From Octopus sinensis (lineage: Eukaryota), in NCBI RefSeq assembly GCF_006345805.1, contig NC_043002.1:65348001-65412000 (forward strand): a DNA stretch of 64,000 nt, given 5' to 3'. A model generated the notes under the pieces. That model saw only the letters and a program-made list of their open reading frames with translations. It did not search any database and was not told the origin of the DNA. Below, one piece after another: positions 1 to 11,849 of this stretch. Both the position numbers and the translations under genes were made by a program. Numbering within the stretch: the first letter of the stretch is position 1; each line of letters starts with the position of its first letter.

Positions 1-176
1 GTAAATGTATATGTTTTTGATCGTACGTATGCAAGGATGAATAAAAAAGCAAACATTCTGTGCATCTGATAATACTTTTAACCTTATTAATATATAGTTA
101 ATGCTAAATGCTTTATTTAACTATATATGCCACATTCGTGTGCGTGCGTGAGCATGTGTGTATTCATACTCAGTGC

Positions 177-295
177 ATATATATATATATATTCGTATAC
201 ACGAATGCATATATATATGCGTATACATATCAGCGTTTGTTTAAATGCATGTATGAATATATAGATGTATATATATATACGTATGTATATACATA

Positions 296-353
<58 letters not shown>

Positions 354-421
354 ATATGCATTTATATATATATATGCACATATATTATATGTATATATAT
401 ACATATAGATACATGCATGCT

Positions 422-458
<37 letters not shown>

Positions 459-480
459 ATATATATATATACATGCTTAT
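177..480. repeat. Imperfect (TA)n/(CA)n microsatellite
   Basis: Direct dinucleotide runs; source of the YI-repeat ORFs. Confidence 0.95.
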
Positions 481-1269
481 AAATCATATGTCCAGGTTAT
501 TATGCTTTACATATATATGTGCGTATCTGTCTATCTATCGATCAGTCAATGTCTATTAAAGTATTAAAGGTGAATCGCGAATAGCTTCATCGATTTCCAG
601 CAACGTCTTATTATATGTTGATTGATACGTTATGCTTTCGATTTTATCATTTCCTTCAGCAAGCCTTCACAAGGTTCAAGTGGAAAAGAATTTAGTCTAT
701 CTGTATCTCATTATCTGCCGTGTCCTTGTAAATCTCTTTTAATATTCTCCCTCCCTCTACATTTGAATTTTCTTTTATTCAGAGCTTTCATTGTTTTACT
801 TGTATTTTCCATTGAATTACTTTTCTTCCGCCATCTTGTTAACCCTAGAATCTCCTCGTTGTTACCGCTATCGCAATTGCCATTTTGTTGATGGTGAAGA
901 TATGATTTTATTCATCCTGCTATAATAATCTGTAGTTTCTATTTATTTTCTGGTTGTTTTTGTTGGTATGGTGATTCTGGTTGTGGTAGATATTATTTTT
1001 GTACTTGTTGATTTGCTTGTAGTTAATCTATATTTTACCCACAGTATTTTCTCAAAAAAAAAAACTTTTACTCAATTCAACAATCATATCATATATTTCA
1101 ACACGATTGAATGTACACATATGCATGCAGTCCTATATATTTCCACACATATATACACACAAAAGTGCTCACATCAATATACAGCGGTGTATTTTTTCAA
1201 CGTCTATGTATAATAGAGTATATAAACATCTATATATCTATATATCTATACATACACGCAAATACAAAC

Positions 1270-1459
1270 ATTTTATATATATATATATATATACATGTAT
1301 ATATACGTATACCGATATCTATATGAATATATACGTATGTATGTAATATATATATACATATATGTATATATATTTATATATATATAGAGAGAGAGATAGA
1401 TAGATAGATAGAAAAATAGATAGATATACATACATATATACGTTTATAGATGCATGTAA

Positions 1460-1498
<39 letters not shown>

Positions 1499-1499
1499 A

Positions 1500-1554
<55 letters not shown>

Positions 1555-1560
1555 TGCATT
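1270..1560. repeat. Compound (TA)n/(GA)n/(GATA)n/(GACA)n microsatellite
   Basis: Seen directly. Confidence 0.9.
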
Positions 1561-1720
1561 TTTATATTTGTATTATATACAATTCTTAACTCAACGTCTT
1601 TTTATATTCATATATGTCGATATATGTATGAATGTATATAGTTGTTGTATCGATATAATATATGTATGAGTATATATATATGTCTGTGTGTGTGTTTATG
1701 TGGTGTTTATAATGTTATAA

Positions 1721-1790
<70 letters not shown>

Positions 1791-2289
1791 TGTGTGTGTG
1801 TTGTATCTATGTATCATGTGTATGTGTTGTTTTGTGTGCATATAGGTATATATATATCTATCTATCTATATATATGTGAGTGTGTGTGTGTATGTATGTA
1901 TGTATTTATCTATGCCTGTGTATGTGAGGCTTTATGTAGGTCTACTTATATATAGGTGTATGCATATATAATCCACATTCTCCTCTTATTTCCCGCAGCC
2001 TCATCTTCTACGTATTTAATTCTAAATCTTTATTCTCGTTCTCCTTTTTCGCTAATCGATATATCAATAGATGATTTCTTAATTTCATTTTACATCTCCC
2101 ATCATATACATATTTCCACAATTGCATCTTCGATTTCAGGAAGAAATATGGTGCATTTCACGGACGGACACACAATATCATCTTACCCTTCTTTCCACTT
2201 TTTTCTTCCCCATTTCTCGATTAACTTAGCATCTTTATTTTTATTATGTCTCTCCGCCCTCTCTTTACCTCTAGTTATCTATCTTTCTC

Positions 2290-2364
<75 letters not shown>

Positions 2365-2525
2365 AATTTGTTTCAAACAATTATGTTAATCGTATCCAAT
2401 TCTCAATGCACCTATTAAATGTGTGTTAAACGTATATTTACACATGCATACACACACAAGCATACAAACGCACTCACAAACACGCAAACACATACATATG
2501 TATATTCCTAGATATGTATGTATTC

Positions 2526-2527
<2 letters not shown>

Positions 2528-2624
<97 letters not shown>

Positions 2625-2655
2625 TAGATAGATAGATAGAAAGATCAGACAGACA
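2528..2655. repeat. (GACA)n-(GATA)n tetranucleotide array
   Basis: Seen directly. Confidence 0.95.
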
Positions 2656-2699
2656 GGAAGACAGAATAAGTTTGTTTGTAGGTGAAAGTATATGAGAGA

Positions 2700-3040
2700 A
2701 GAATTTTAAATCAATCTGAAGGATTACCGAGTTTTATACATATAAGTCTTGACATCGACTTCGAAAAGAAGCCTGTTTGCCTCCTTCAAAGGATGACGTT
2801 CTGTCGGTTGAATTCACTGCCCAAGTCTTTCCTCGATAGGCTCAATATACTGCGTGTTCGTGCTAAATTTACCGATTGTGTTTCATGTCGGGAATAGCTT
2901 AGTGTAATGGCGAACTGTCAACTGAGTTGGAGAGTACAAAACTGTAACTGAGAAAACTTTAGCTGGCATGGCGGTCTGGAAGCCATCTGGATATTAGAAA
3001 GGTATCTCTTGTACCATGGTGATTTGCACCTAGTATCAAA
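2700..3040 (+). pseudogene. Possible highly decayed hAT-like transposase fragment
   Basis: SEGLPSFIHISLDIDF...SFLDRLNILR and a later WILERYL segment loosely echo the hAT RPF..V.GEGF / W.L region; weak. Confidence 0.2.
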
Positions 3041-3091
3041 ATGCCGACACCATCAGTGCTGCTCACTGCTCTGAAAATATTATAAAGTCAC

Positions 3092-3310
3092 TTTACTCTT
3101 TTAATCTTTTACTTGTTTCAGTCATTTGACTGCGGTCATGCTAGAGCACCGCCTGTAGTCGAGCAAATCGCACCCCAGGCCTTATTCTTTGGAAGCCTAG
3201 TACATATTCTATCGGTCTCTTGTCTTTACGTCCCCGACACAAGCATCTGCTGTCAAGTGATGTTGGGGGGACAAACACAGAACACACAAACATATACACA
3301 CACATGCATA

Positions 3311-3347
<37 letters not shown>

Positions 3348-3512
3348 ATATATATATTATATATTATATATATATATACGGCAGGCTTCTTTCAGTTTCC
3401 GTCTACCAAATCTACTCACAATGCTTTGATCGGCCCGAGGCTATAGAAGAAGACACTTGCCCAAGGTGTCACGCAGTGGGACTAAACCTGGAACCATGTG
3501 ATTGGTAAGTAA
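3092..3512 (-). mobile_element. tRNA-derived SINE family B
   Basis: Minus-strand head ...ACCAATCACATGGTTCCAGGTTTAGTCCCACTGCGTGACACCTTGGGCAAGTGTCTT, internal (TA)n, tail GCATGACCGCAGTCAAATGACTGAAAC; many copies in the window. Confidence 0.9.
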
Positions 3513-3516
3513 GTAA

Positions 3517-4142
3517 CATGAAAGTCATAAAAACCAAGTTTCCCCAAACTGTGATGGTGCTTCAGAATGTCTCCACTCAGCGTAACGTCATACCGCCTCA
3601 CATCGTTGAACTGGTCCTTAAGCCCAATTCAGAAGGCTATATGAAGCAACTGGGGACTATCGCCAACGCTGGCTGGAGATAGCTGCTGCAAGAAGACTTT
3701 GTGTGGCAGAAGGATTCGGCTTCTTGCGGTATATCCCAAATTATTCAGATGTGGATTTCGAAGAACATGTACAGCTTCACCAGCACCAATATCTGGCGCA
3801 CTACTTCCCCCAAGAGTTGACCCGTGGATAGCTATGCGTCGGGCACGGTAGAGAAGACATCAGCCGCTCTATCTGTAACACCAAGACTGAGCCGCTGGCC
3901 AAAGTCAGTGAAATGTTCAAAGATATTCTCAGTGACACAGTGAGGAAGGCATGTGTTTCGTCCCAGAACTATCTTAATACCGAGGTGGAAGCTGAGGGTG
4001 GCTACTTCGAGTGAACTGTTATCTCCCAGCCATAATCTAGTTGATATTTTTCCTTTGTTTTATAAAGCACTTTTATTTTTGGACGGGATATTGTAATTTC
4101 TTCCCTTCTTATGCAAATTGTCAAACTTTTGTCCGAACATCG
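3517..4142 (+). mobile_element. Tc1/mariner (maT/DD37D-like) transposase 3' relic
   Basis: TKFPQTVMVL...VIPPH, FVWQKDSASC (cf. VFQQDSAPAH), terminal VEAEGGYFE* (stop 4012-4014), TIR-like GTCAAACTTTTGTCCGAAC near 4120-4140. Confidence 0.7.
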
Positions 4143-4207
4143 CAAGCATATGTGTGTATATGTGTGTTAGTGTATGCATATATATATAATCATATGTAAG
4201 TTTATGT

Positions 4208-4635
4208 AAGTGGCTATGTGGTGAGAAGCTTGCTTCACAACTACACGGTTCCAGGTTCAGTCCCACTGTGTGCCACCTTGTGAAAATGTCTTCTAGTGTA
4301 ACCTCAAGCCGACCAAAGCCTTGTGAGGGGATTTGTTAGATGGAAACTCAAAGAAGCATGTCATATATATATGTGTGTGTATATCTGTGTCTGTGTGTCT
4401 GTGAATGGGTGAGTGTGTGGGTGGTTATCTGTGTTTATCTCCCCACTATCGTTTGACAACCGATGCTGGTGTGTTTTCGTCCGAGTAACTTAATGATTCA
4501 GCAAAAGAGACCTATAGAATAAGTGCTAGACTAACAAAGAATAAGTCTTTGGGTCGATTTCTTTGACTATAACCATTTAAGGGAGTGCTCCAGTATTGCC
4601 GCAGTGAAATGATTGAAACAAATAAAAGGATAAGA
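4208..4635 (+). mobile_element. SINE family B
   Basis: Head GTGGCTATGTGGTGAGAAGCTTGCTT...GGTTCAGTCCC, shared body and tail. Confidence 0.85.
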
Positions 4636-5119
4636 GAATAAATTGTGTGTATATGTAAACCTTTTGCTTATGTTAAATTATCTGTAAATAATTTTGAGTG
4701 TGATTATTTATTTCTAATACCAAAATAGAAGAACTACTGGGCTTGAATATCTTCGAGCGACAAATTCAGTGTCTGATAATGATGTAGCGTAATGATACAA
4801 ATATAAATGTCCCATATTCCAAGAATTTATTTCTCAGCCTGCATATTTTCTATAAGGATAATTTCTCTTCCAGGACTGCTGCCAAAGGAAACGTCTTCTC
4901 ACATTTACGTTTAGACAAACGGGTATAGATGTACACAACTTTATTTGAACCATCGCCTCTTTGTGAGATTTTAATAGAAACTCAATATAGAATAAGTACT
5001 AGGCTCACAAAGAATAAGTCCTTCGACTAAAGAAGGCGCTCCAGCATGGACGCAGCAAACGACTGAAACAAGTAAAAGAATAATATATATATATATATAT
5101 ATATACTGAAGAAAAAACC

Positions 5120-5368
5120 CGTCAGAATTTTGGAAAAAAAACTTTTTATTTCTTCATTATCATTAGCGCTTTCATTCGTTTCTCGAACTAGTCAAATACA
5201 ATTTTGTAAATGTACAAACAACTTGTTCATTTATATATAACAGATGTTTTTATATAAACGAAGAACCTGTTTGTACATTCACAAAATTTTACTTGACGAG
5301 TTCGAGAAACGAACGAAAACGCTAATAATAATAAAGAAATAAAAGGCGTTTTTTCTAAAACTCTGACG
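5120..5368. mobile_element. ~250-bp foldback / MITE-like palindrome
   Basis: Left half CGTCAGAATTTTGGAAAAAA...TTCTCGAACTAGTCAA...GTACAAAC is the imperfect reverse complement of the right half ...GTTTGTAC...TTGACGAGTTCGAGAA...AAAACTCTGACG. Confidence 0.8.
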
Positions 5369-5663
5369 ATTTATTTTTGTCGTTATTCAATTTCTGTACA
5401 TAACACCTAACACTCTATACATATATATATATATGTATGTATATGTATATATGTATATATGTAAATGGATATATGTGTAAAGACGTACGTGTTCATTTAT
5501 ATTATTATGCATCTTTACATGTGTGTGTGAGTGTATATGTCTCATTGTGTGGGTTTGAGCGGGAAACTTATTTTTCGTATTCCCATTAATAATTTTTTCC
5601 TTTTTATCTTATTCCCTTCATCATTGTACAACCATTCTCTGTCAAAATATATCAATAACTTAC

Positions 5664-5755
5664 CGACGTGATACAACTTCGGATTATTGTATGATAAAGT
5701 CTTTTGGAAAAGTTCTTTCACTACATGACTATAAGGGTGTCCATTGTTCTTCTGT
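5664..5755 (-). CDS. Candidate internal exon of an unidentified host gene (QKNNGHPYSHVVKELFQKTLSYNNPKLYHV)
   Basis: Acceptor TTTTTTTTATCTATAG, donor CG|GTAAGT, 92 nt, one open frame. Confidence 0.25.
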
Positions 5756-5935
5756 CTATAGATAAAAAAAACACGAAAGTTTGTCAATGTTGAGGAGGAG
5801 GTAAGAAGATAATCCCAGAAACTGAATGTTAAGATTTAGCAGTGATCTCCTGGGATTGATTTATTAAGAATATCGAATCCCGTTCGCTACGGGACAGATG
5901 TGTGTGTGTGTGTGTGTGTATACGTGAGTACATAC

Positions 5936-5979
<44 letters not shown>

Positions 5980-6123
5980 TATATATATAATATATATATG
6001 CATATTGTAAAAGAATGCGTGTTTCTCTTCGTGTTTATAATTGTAGATACATAGAACCCACCTCATATATATGTATGTATATATATATATATATGTATTT
6101 ATATAATATAAATCTATATGTGT

Positions 6124-6204
<81 letters not shown>

Positions 6205-6866
6205 GTGTGTTGTGTGTGTGTGTGTGTGGTGTGTATCTAGCTATCTGTCTATCTATCAAGATATATATATATATATAAATATGTATGTATGTATGTATAT
6301 ACATTTGAAATACATCTGCATCTATGTGGAAACAGGATAAAGTGATGGCCTTTTGTGGATAATTTCTATGATGCAGCAATTAAGTCCACTTGTCCAGAAA
6401 CTTCTGAATATCTATCAGCGAAAATCAAAAAAACCAAACCGTCTTGAGGGGAAACTAGAAAGGAGCGTCAATTCAATCATTGTTAAAAGCGATTATAGAT
6501 TTCTCTACTTCGTATCACAAAGCCTCTGGGATATGTACAAACATAGTAAATGTCTCATGAGTCAGCCAGTGTTTTACACTAAAATATACTTTGTAGGAAG
6601 TCTTTATGTATACCTCCTCCTTATGTATGTTGACGCTGAGTTCTGATGTGCACTGTGGACTAGTGTGGACTGTTGTGAACGTGCAACGTATTATAATTCA
6701 GAAAAATACCTACACATCTGTATGTAAGTGTATGCGTACATTCATAACAATGTACAAGTGTAAATGATTATATATATATATATCATTATAGATATAGGGT
6801 GAAAAATTATTAATTTAATAAAATCAACAAATTTCACCTAGTAGGTTTTCGGTATGGAAAAGGACC

Positions 6867-7347
6867 ATATTCGGTAAAACCTATACAAAAAGTTTTTCTT
6901 TATATATAAATATAACAATAAGAGTTTAGCAACAAGTTGCTTGACCACATACCGAAAATTTTAGAAATAGCAGCCAAAAGACTACTATTTCCTTTTTCTA
7001 CAAAAATATGTCTCCACAGACAGCAATATTTGTAACTCACACATGGCAAAAAAGAAGAAAAATAAGGAAATCAGTCTTCGATTAATTATGGACGCGTTTC
7101 TGGATATGAATCATAAGACTCATTTCCTTTGTCAACATAATATTTCGATAATTATAAATGTGAAGATGCTAGGAGAACTTACCCCTTATATTGTTGTCTG
7201 TGGAGACATATTTTGAAGAAAACGGAAATAAGTCTTTTGGGTGCTATTACTAAAATTTTCGGGATGTGGTCAAGCAACTTGTAGCTAAACCCTTACTGTT
7301 ATATTTATATATAAAGAAAAACTTTTTTTATAGGTTTTACCGAATAT
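6867..7347. repeat. ~160-bp inverted repeat pair (6867-7029 / 7188-7347), probably Penelope-like termini
   Basis: Arms ATATTCGGTAAAACCTATA...GTCTCCACAGACAGCAATAT are near-identical in opposite orientation; related fragment at ~26010-26095. Confidence 0.8.
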
Positions 7348-7570
7348 CGTCATTTTCAACAATTCTGCCAGCCTGCCGCCTCGTATAGTTGACATATTAT
7401 AGGAAGATTCTATTCAATTTTCTTAGAAAATTTGGCATTCAAGAGATTGTATAACAAATGAACATGGAGGTGTGATGTTATTCAAACATATCCTTAATAA
7501 GTCTCTGGTGCCAGAAACCTATGTAGAAATGTCTTGTTAAATTAATGTGCGCAAATATAAAATTGTCGGA

Positions 7571-7992
7571 GGGCGACGAGCTGGCAGAGTCGTTAGCACA
7601 CCGGTCGAAATGCTTAGCGGTATTTCGTCTGCCACTACGTTCTGAGTTCAAATTCCGCCGAGGTCGACTTTGCCTTTCATCCTTTCGGGGTCGATTAAAT
7701 AAGTAACAGTTAAGCACTAGGGTCGATATAATCGACTTAATCCGTTTGTCTGTCCTTGTTTGTCCTCTCTGTGTTTAGCCCCTTGTGGGTAGTAAAGAAA
7801 TAGGTATTTGGTCTGCCGTTGCGTTCTGAGTTCAAATTCCACCGAGGTCGACTTTGCCTTTCATCCTTTCGGGGTCGAGTTTATAAGTACCAGTTACGCA
7901 CAGGGGTCGACGTAATCGACTTAATCCTTTTCTCTGTCCTTGTTTGCCCCCTTTATGTTTAGCACCCCGCCCCCGTGGGTAGTAAAGAAATA
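7571..7992 (+). mobile_element. SINE family A, head plus two tandem bodies (dimer)
   Basis: tRNA-like head (GAGCTGGCAGAGTCGTTAG...GAGTTCAAATTCC), tail GCCCCTTGTGGGTAGTAAAGAAATA, second unit starts at 7803. Confidence 0.9.
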
Positions 7993-8012
7993 AATATAAA
8001 AAGGTCAGAAGT

Positions 8013-8170
8013 ATGTGGCTTTGAGAAACAGGCGTTGTACGCACGACCGCACGAATATGGTTTCGATACCTGAACTGGTCTTGGCGTAAGCTCATGAGTA
8101 AAATACACCCTTTCATGTTGCTCCAGTTCATTCAGCTATAAATTAATAGCACTGCAGCAGAGTAGTGTTG
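8013..8170 (+). mobile_element. Decayed tRNA-derived SINE of another family
   Basis: GTGGCTTTGAG...GGTTTCGATACC A/B-box-like head followed by CATGTTGCTCCAGTTCATTCAGCT core-like motif. Confidence 0.3.
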
Positions 8171-9009
8171 TGATCTCCCCCACTTACACATTATAGAAAC
8201 TTTGTAACAGTCTGTTGGAACTTGGGAAAATAATGCCGGTCGAGGTGTTGTTAATGATGAGGAGAAACAATAAAATTGCATATTAAAATGTATACAGTAC
8301 TCGATGAAATTTTTTCCTGATACTTTTAAATGTTATAGAGGTGACTATATTTCTTGCCTTGGATTCGTGACACGACAAATTTTACATTAAAATTATTGCA
8401 ACCACTAACACTCTTACTGTTTAATCAATGATCCTTTGGACATAGATAGACATATCATGAAAGACATACAACATTGAACTTTGATTGTACACCGCCACTT
8501 TGAAACATATGAGATATATTCACTAAAAGATATTTTATCATATGAATATATTGTTCAAAGATGCCAATATATATTTATGTAGACAAAATAGACGAGATTT
8601 CAATAACTTTCTTCGATAGAATAATGACGCGGTTGTGATACGAGGTTCGTCCGATAATTCAAAAGTCGTATGAATAAGGCTAGCATAAACTGTCCACAAG
8701 AATATATTGTTTTCGGTATATTTGAATATTGATAAATTAGATGAATTCAATGCTATTCAAAAATCAATAGTAGTTTAAATTATTAATAACTCTCAGAGAG
8801 AATAGTCTGTAACAAAAACATTTCTTTCAAATGATTTTGTTTGTTTGGATGTATATTTCGAATATGAGAAAATATAATGTGTATGTACGTTCGTATCTAG
8901 CCATATACGTATGCTTGTGTATGCTTATAAATATATATATATATATATATAATTTTAATCCAAACGGGAAACAAAAAAAAAAAACAATGGAACAGTTACA
9001 GTATTATTA

Positions 9010-9830
9010 TTAATAGGCGCTCAGGAAATGGAAGCAGGGAGGTATGACGTTTCGAGCGGAGCTCTTCGTCGGAAACATAAAGAAGGAAGAGAGAGGAAAG
9101 AAAGATCCCAGAGCGGGCAACAGGGAAAGAGAAAAAAGACGACTGGTGTTTACGAGTTGCACATGGTGAAAGGCGGATGTTTACGATAACAAGAGCAAAG
9201 TGGGTTTTTAAAGGCAAAAGAGTGGAGACAAGGTTGGTAACGCAACAGATGTGTATGTGTGAGTGTGTGCGTGTGCGTGTGTGTATGTGTGTGTGTGAGG
9301 CGAGATGAAAAAACAAAAAAATATATGTGTGTGTTAGTGTGTGCGTCTGTGTGTAGGCGTGTGAGGTAGGGCGAGACAGTGGTCAGCTTAGCAGACAAGG
9401 TCAGTAGTAAGAAAAAGAAGGAAGGGGAAGGGAGGGAGGGAAAGGGGGGGGCGTATGTAGCGTGCCAGCGTGTGTTGAGTAGTAGTGTGTGTGTGTCAGT
9501 GTCGTGGTGGTATTAATGGCGAGTAGATGGAATGGTGTTAAGAGTAATGTATATATTTAAGCAATGTGTGTATATGTGTGCGCGTGTGTGTAACGAAAAA
9601 GGGGGGGTTAAGGAAAAAGGACTCCAGCTGAGGGGAAGCTGGAAGAGTGGTCCCGCGGAGACGGGCGTGGGAAAACCCAACGACACGCGACGGTCCCAGG
9701 AACGGGCGGGAGGTCTCGTCGGGTCCAAGAGCGAGGTGCATGCGGCGCGTATGCGTGCGCGAACCGGCGCAAGCGCGTGTGTGCGCGCGCCTGCGAGTAT
9801 GCGCGTAAGTATGTATGTGTGTGGATGTGT
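9010..9830 (-). mobile_element. Penelope-like 3'/pseudo-LTR region
   Basis: Minus strand CCGACGAAGAGCTCCGCTCGAAACGTC motif of the type found at Penelope termini, preceded by a GC-rich segment. Confidence 0.35.
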
Positions 9831-10508
9831 GAGTGTGTCTGTGTGTATGTCTGGGTGGCAGTGTGTCCGATGAATGTATGTGAGTATGTGTGTATGTATG
9901 TGTGTGCATAGATGTATGTCCGTGTGTGTGTGTTTGTGTATGTGTGTGAGTGTGTATGTATGTACGTGTGGGTGTGGGGAAGTGTGTGTATGTGCATGTG
10001 TGTGCGCGTACATACAGGTGTGTGAGTGAGTGTGTGTGTGTGTATGTATGTGTGTGTGTATGTATGTGTGTGTAGCATGCATGTATGTGTATGGGTGTAT
10101 GTATGCGTGTGTGTATGTATGTATGTGTACGTGCGTGTGTGTGTGTATGCGTGTAGGTGTGCGCGTGTGCATGCATGCATGCATGTGCGTATGTGTGTGT
10201 GTGTGTGCATGTGTGTGGGTATATATGTATGTGCGTATATGTGTGTGTATGTGCGTACATGTGTGTGTGTGTGTATGCATGTGTGTGTATGTAGGTGTGT
10301 AGGCGTGTGTGTATAGGTGTATGTATGTAAGTATGTATGGGTGTGTCCGTGTATGTGTGTGTATGTATGTGTGTGTATGTAGGTGTGTGGGCGTGTGTAT
10401 ATGTGTGTGTATGTAGGTGTGTGGGCGTGTGTATATAGGTGTATGTGTGTATGTCTGGGTGTGTCCGTGCATGTTTGTGTGTGTGTGTATGTATGTATGT
10501 GTACGTGC

Positions 10509-10540
<32 letters not shown>

Positions 10541-10960
10541 GTACGTGCGTGTGTGTGTGTGTGTGTGTATGTAGGTGCGTGTATATATAATATATATATA
10601 TATATATACAGAGCAAGAGATAGAGATAGGTAGATAGATAGAGCTGTAAACATAGGCAATGTATATGTATGTGTATATATAAATATACATATGCATATAT
10701 ATATGTATGTATGTACATACATATATATATATATATTTATATACAGAGCAAGAGATAGAGATAAGTAGATAGATAGAGCTGTAAACATAGGCAATGTATA
10801 TGTATGTGTATACATGAATATACATATGCATATATATATGTATGTACATATATATGTATGTACATATATATATATATGTATGTATATAAATATGCATGTA
10901 CATATATATATATAATATATATATATATGTACGTATGCATGTATGTATATGTATAATATA
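9830..10960. repeat. 1.1-kb (GT)n/(GTAT)n compound microsatellite with a 135-bp tandem duplication (10603, 10738)
   Basis: TATATACAGAGCAAGAGATAGAGATA...GGCAATGTATATG occurs twice; explains the 401/425/431-aa HT-repeat ORFs. Confidence 0.9.
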
Positions 10961-10965
10961 TTCCT

Positions 10966-11352
10966 TTATTCTTTTATTATTTTACACTTTTCAGTCATTT
11001 GACAGCGGCCATGTTGAAGTACTGCTTTTAGTTGAACAAATCGACCCCAGGCCTCAGGCCTTGTAAGCCTAGTACTTATTCTGTCGGTCACATATGCCGA
11101 ATCGCTATAATTCGGGGATATAATCATACCAACGTCGGTTGTCAAGAGATGGCAGGGGGAGAAACCCAGACACAAAGACACACACACATATATATATATA
11201 CAAGCATCTCTCAGTTTCATTCTACAAATCCACTCACAAGGCTTTGGTCGGTCCGAGGTCATATTAGTAGACACTTGCTCAACATGGCATGCAGTGGGAC
11301 TGAACCCGGAACCATGTGGTTGGGAAGCAAGCTTCTTATCACACAGCCGCAC
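10966..11352 (-). mobile_element. SINE family B
   Basis: Matches the other B copies end to end. Confidence 0.85.
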
Positions 11353-11849
11353 TACTTATATGCATACGTAAATATCGAACGAGGAAAATGTGAGCTCAAA
11401 CAGCATTGGTTGACAGAAACTTTTTATTTGTCCGGCATGCCAGCAATTCAGCCTACTTGCCGCCTCGAATACTTGTGATATTATAGGAAGACTCTATTCA
11501 ATTTGGTTTCAGGTCAAGGAAAATAAAAAATGTCTTATTATTCTATTCAGGAACGATGGTTTCCGTCTCCATTTTGAATGAAAACACAAAGTCTCGTTGA
11601 ATTCGTGAAGATTCTCGTAAACAAGAAATAATGAAAGGGTGCTACTCTTGGGTGACAACTTTTGAGTGGTTATCGGCCTTGGATTGGGCTTTTGGGCAAA
11701 GTAGTCATGCTGGATGGTAAATTTATTTGAATTATCTTATATTATTCTAGATGTACGTGATATTCATATGATTGTGCACTGAGTTAGTTCGTCATGGAGG
11801 CATAGTTCGCGTGTTTTGGATATTCAAATTTCACGTCCAGGAAATTGTC

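Noticed and set aside
6840-6885. Hammerhead-like motif CCGAATA-TGG...CCA-TAC-CGAAA on the minus strand
   Set aside because: Core is altered and there is no valid NUH triplet
9513-10903. 401-, 425- and 431-aa ORFs rich in H/T/Y
   Set aside because: Translations of a (CA)n/(TACA)n microsatellite; stop-free only because of repeat composition
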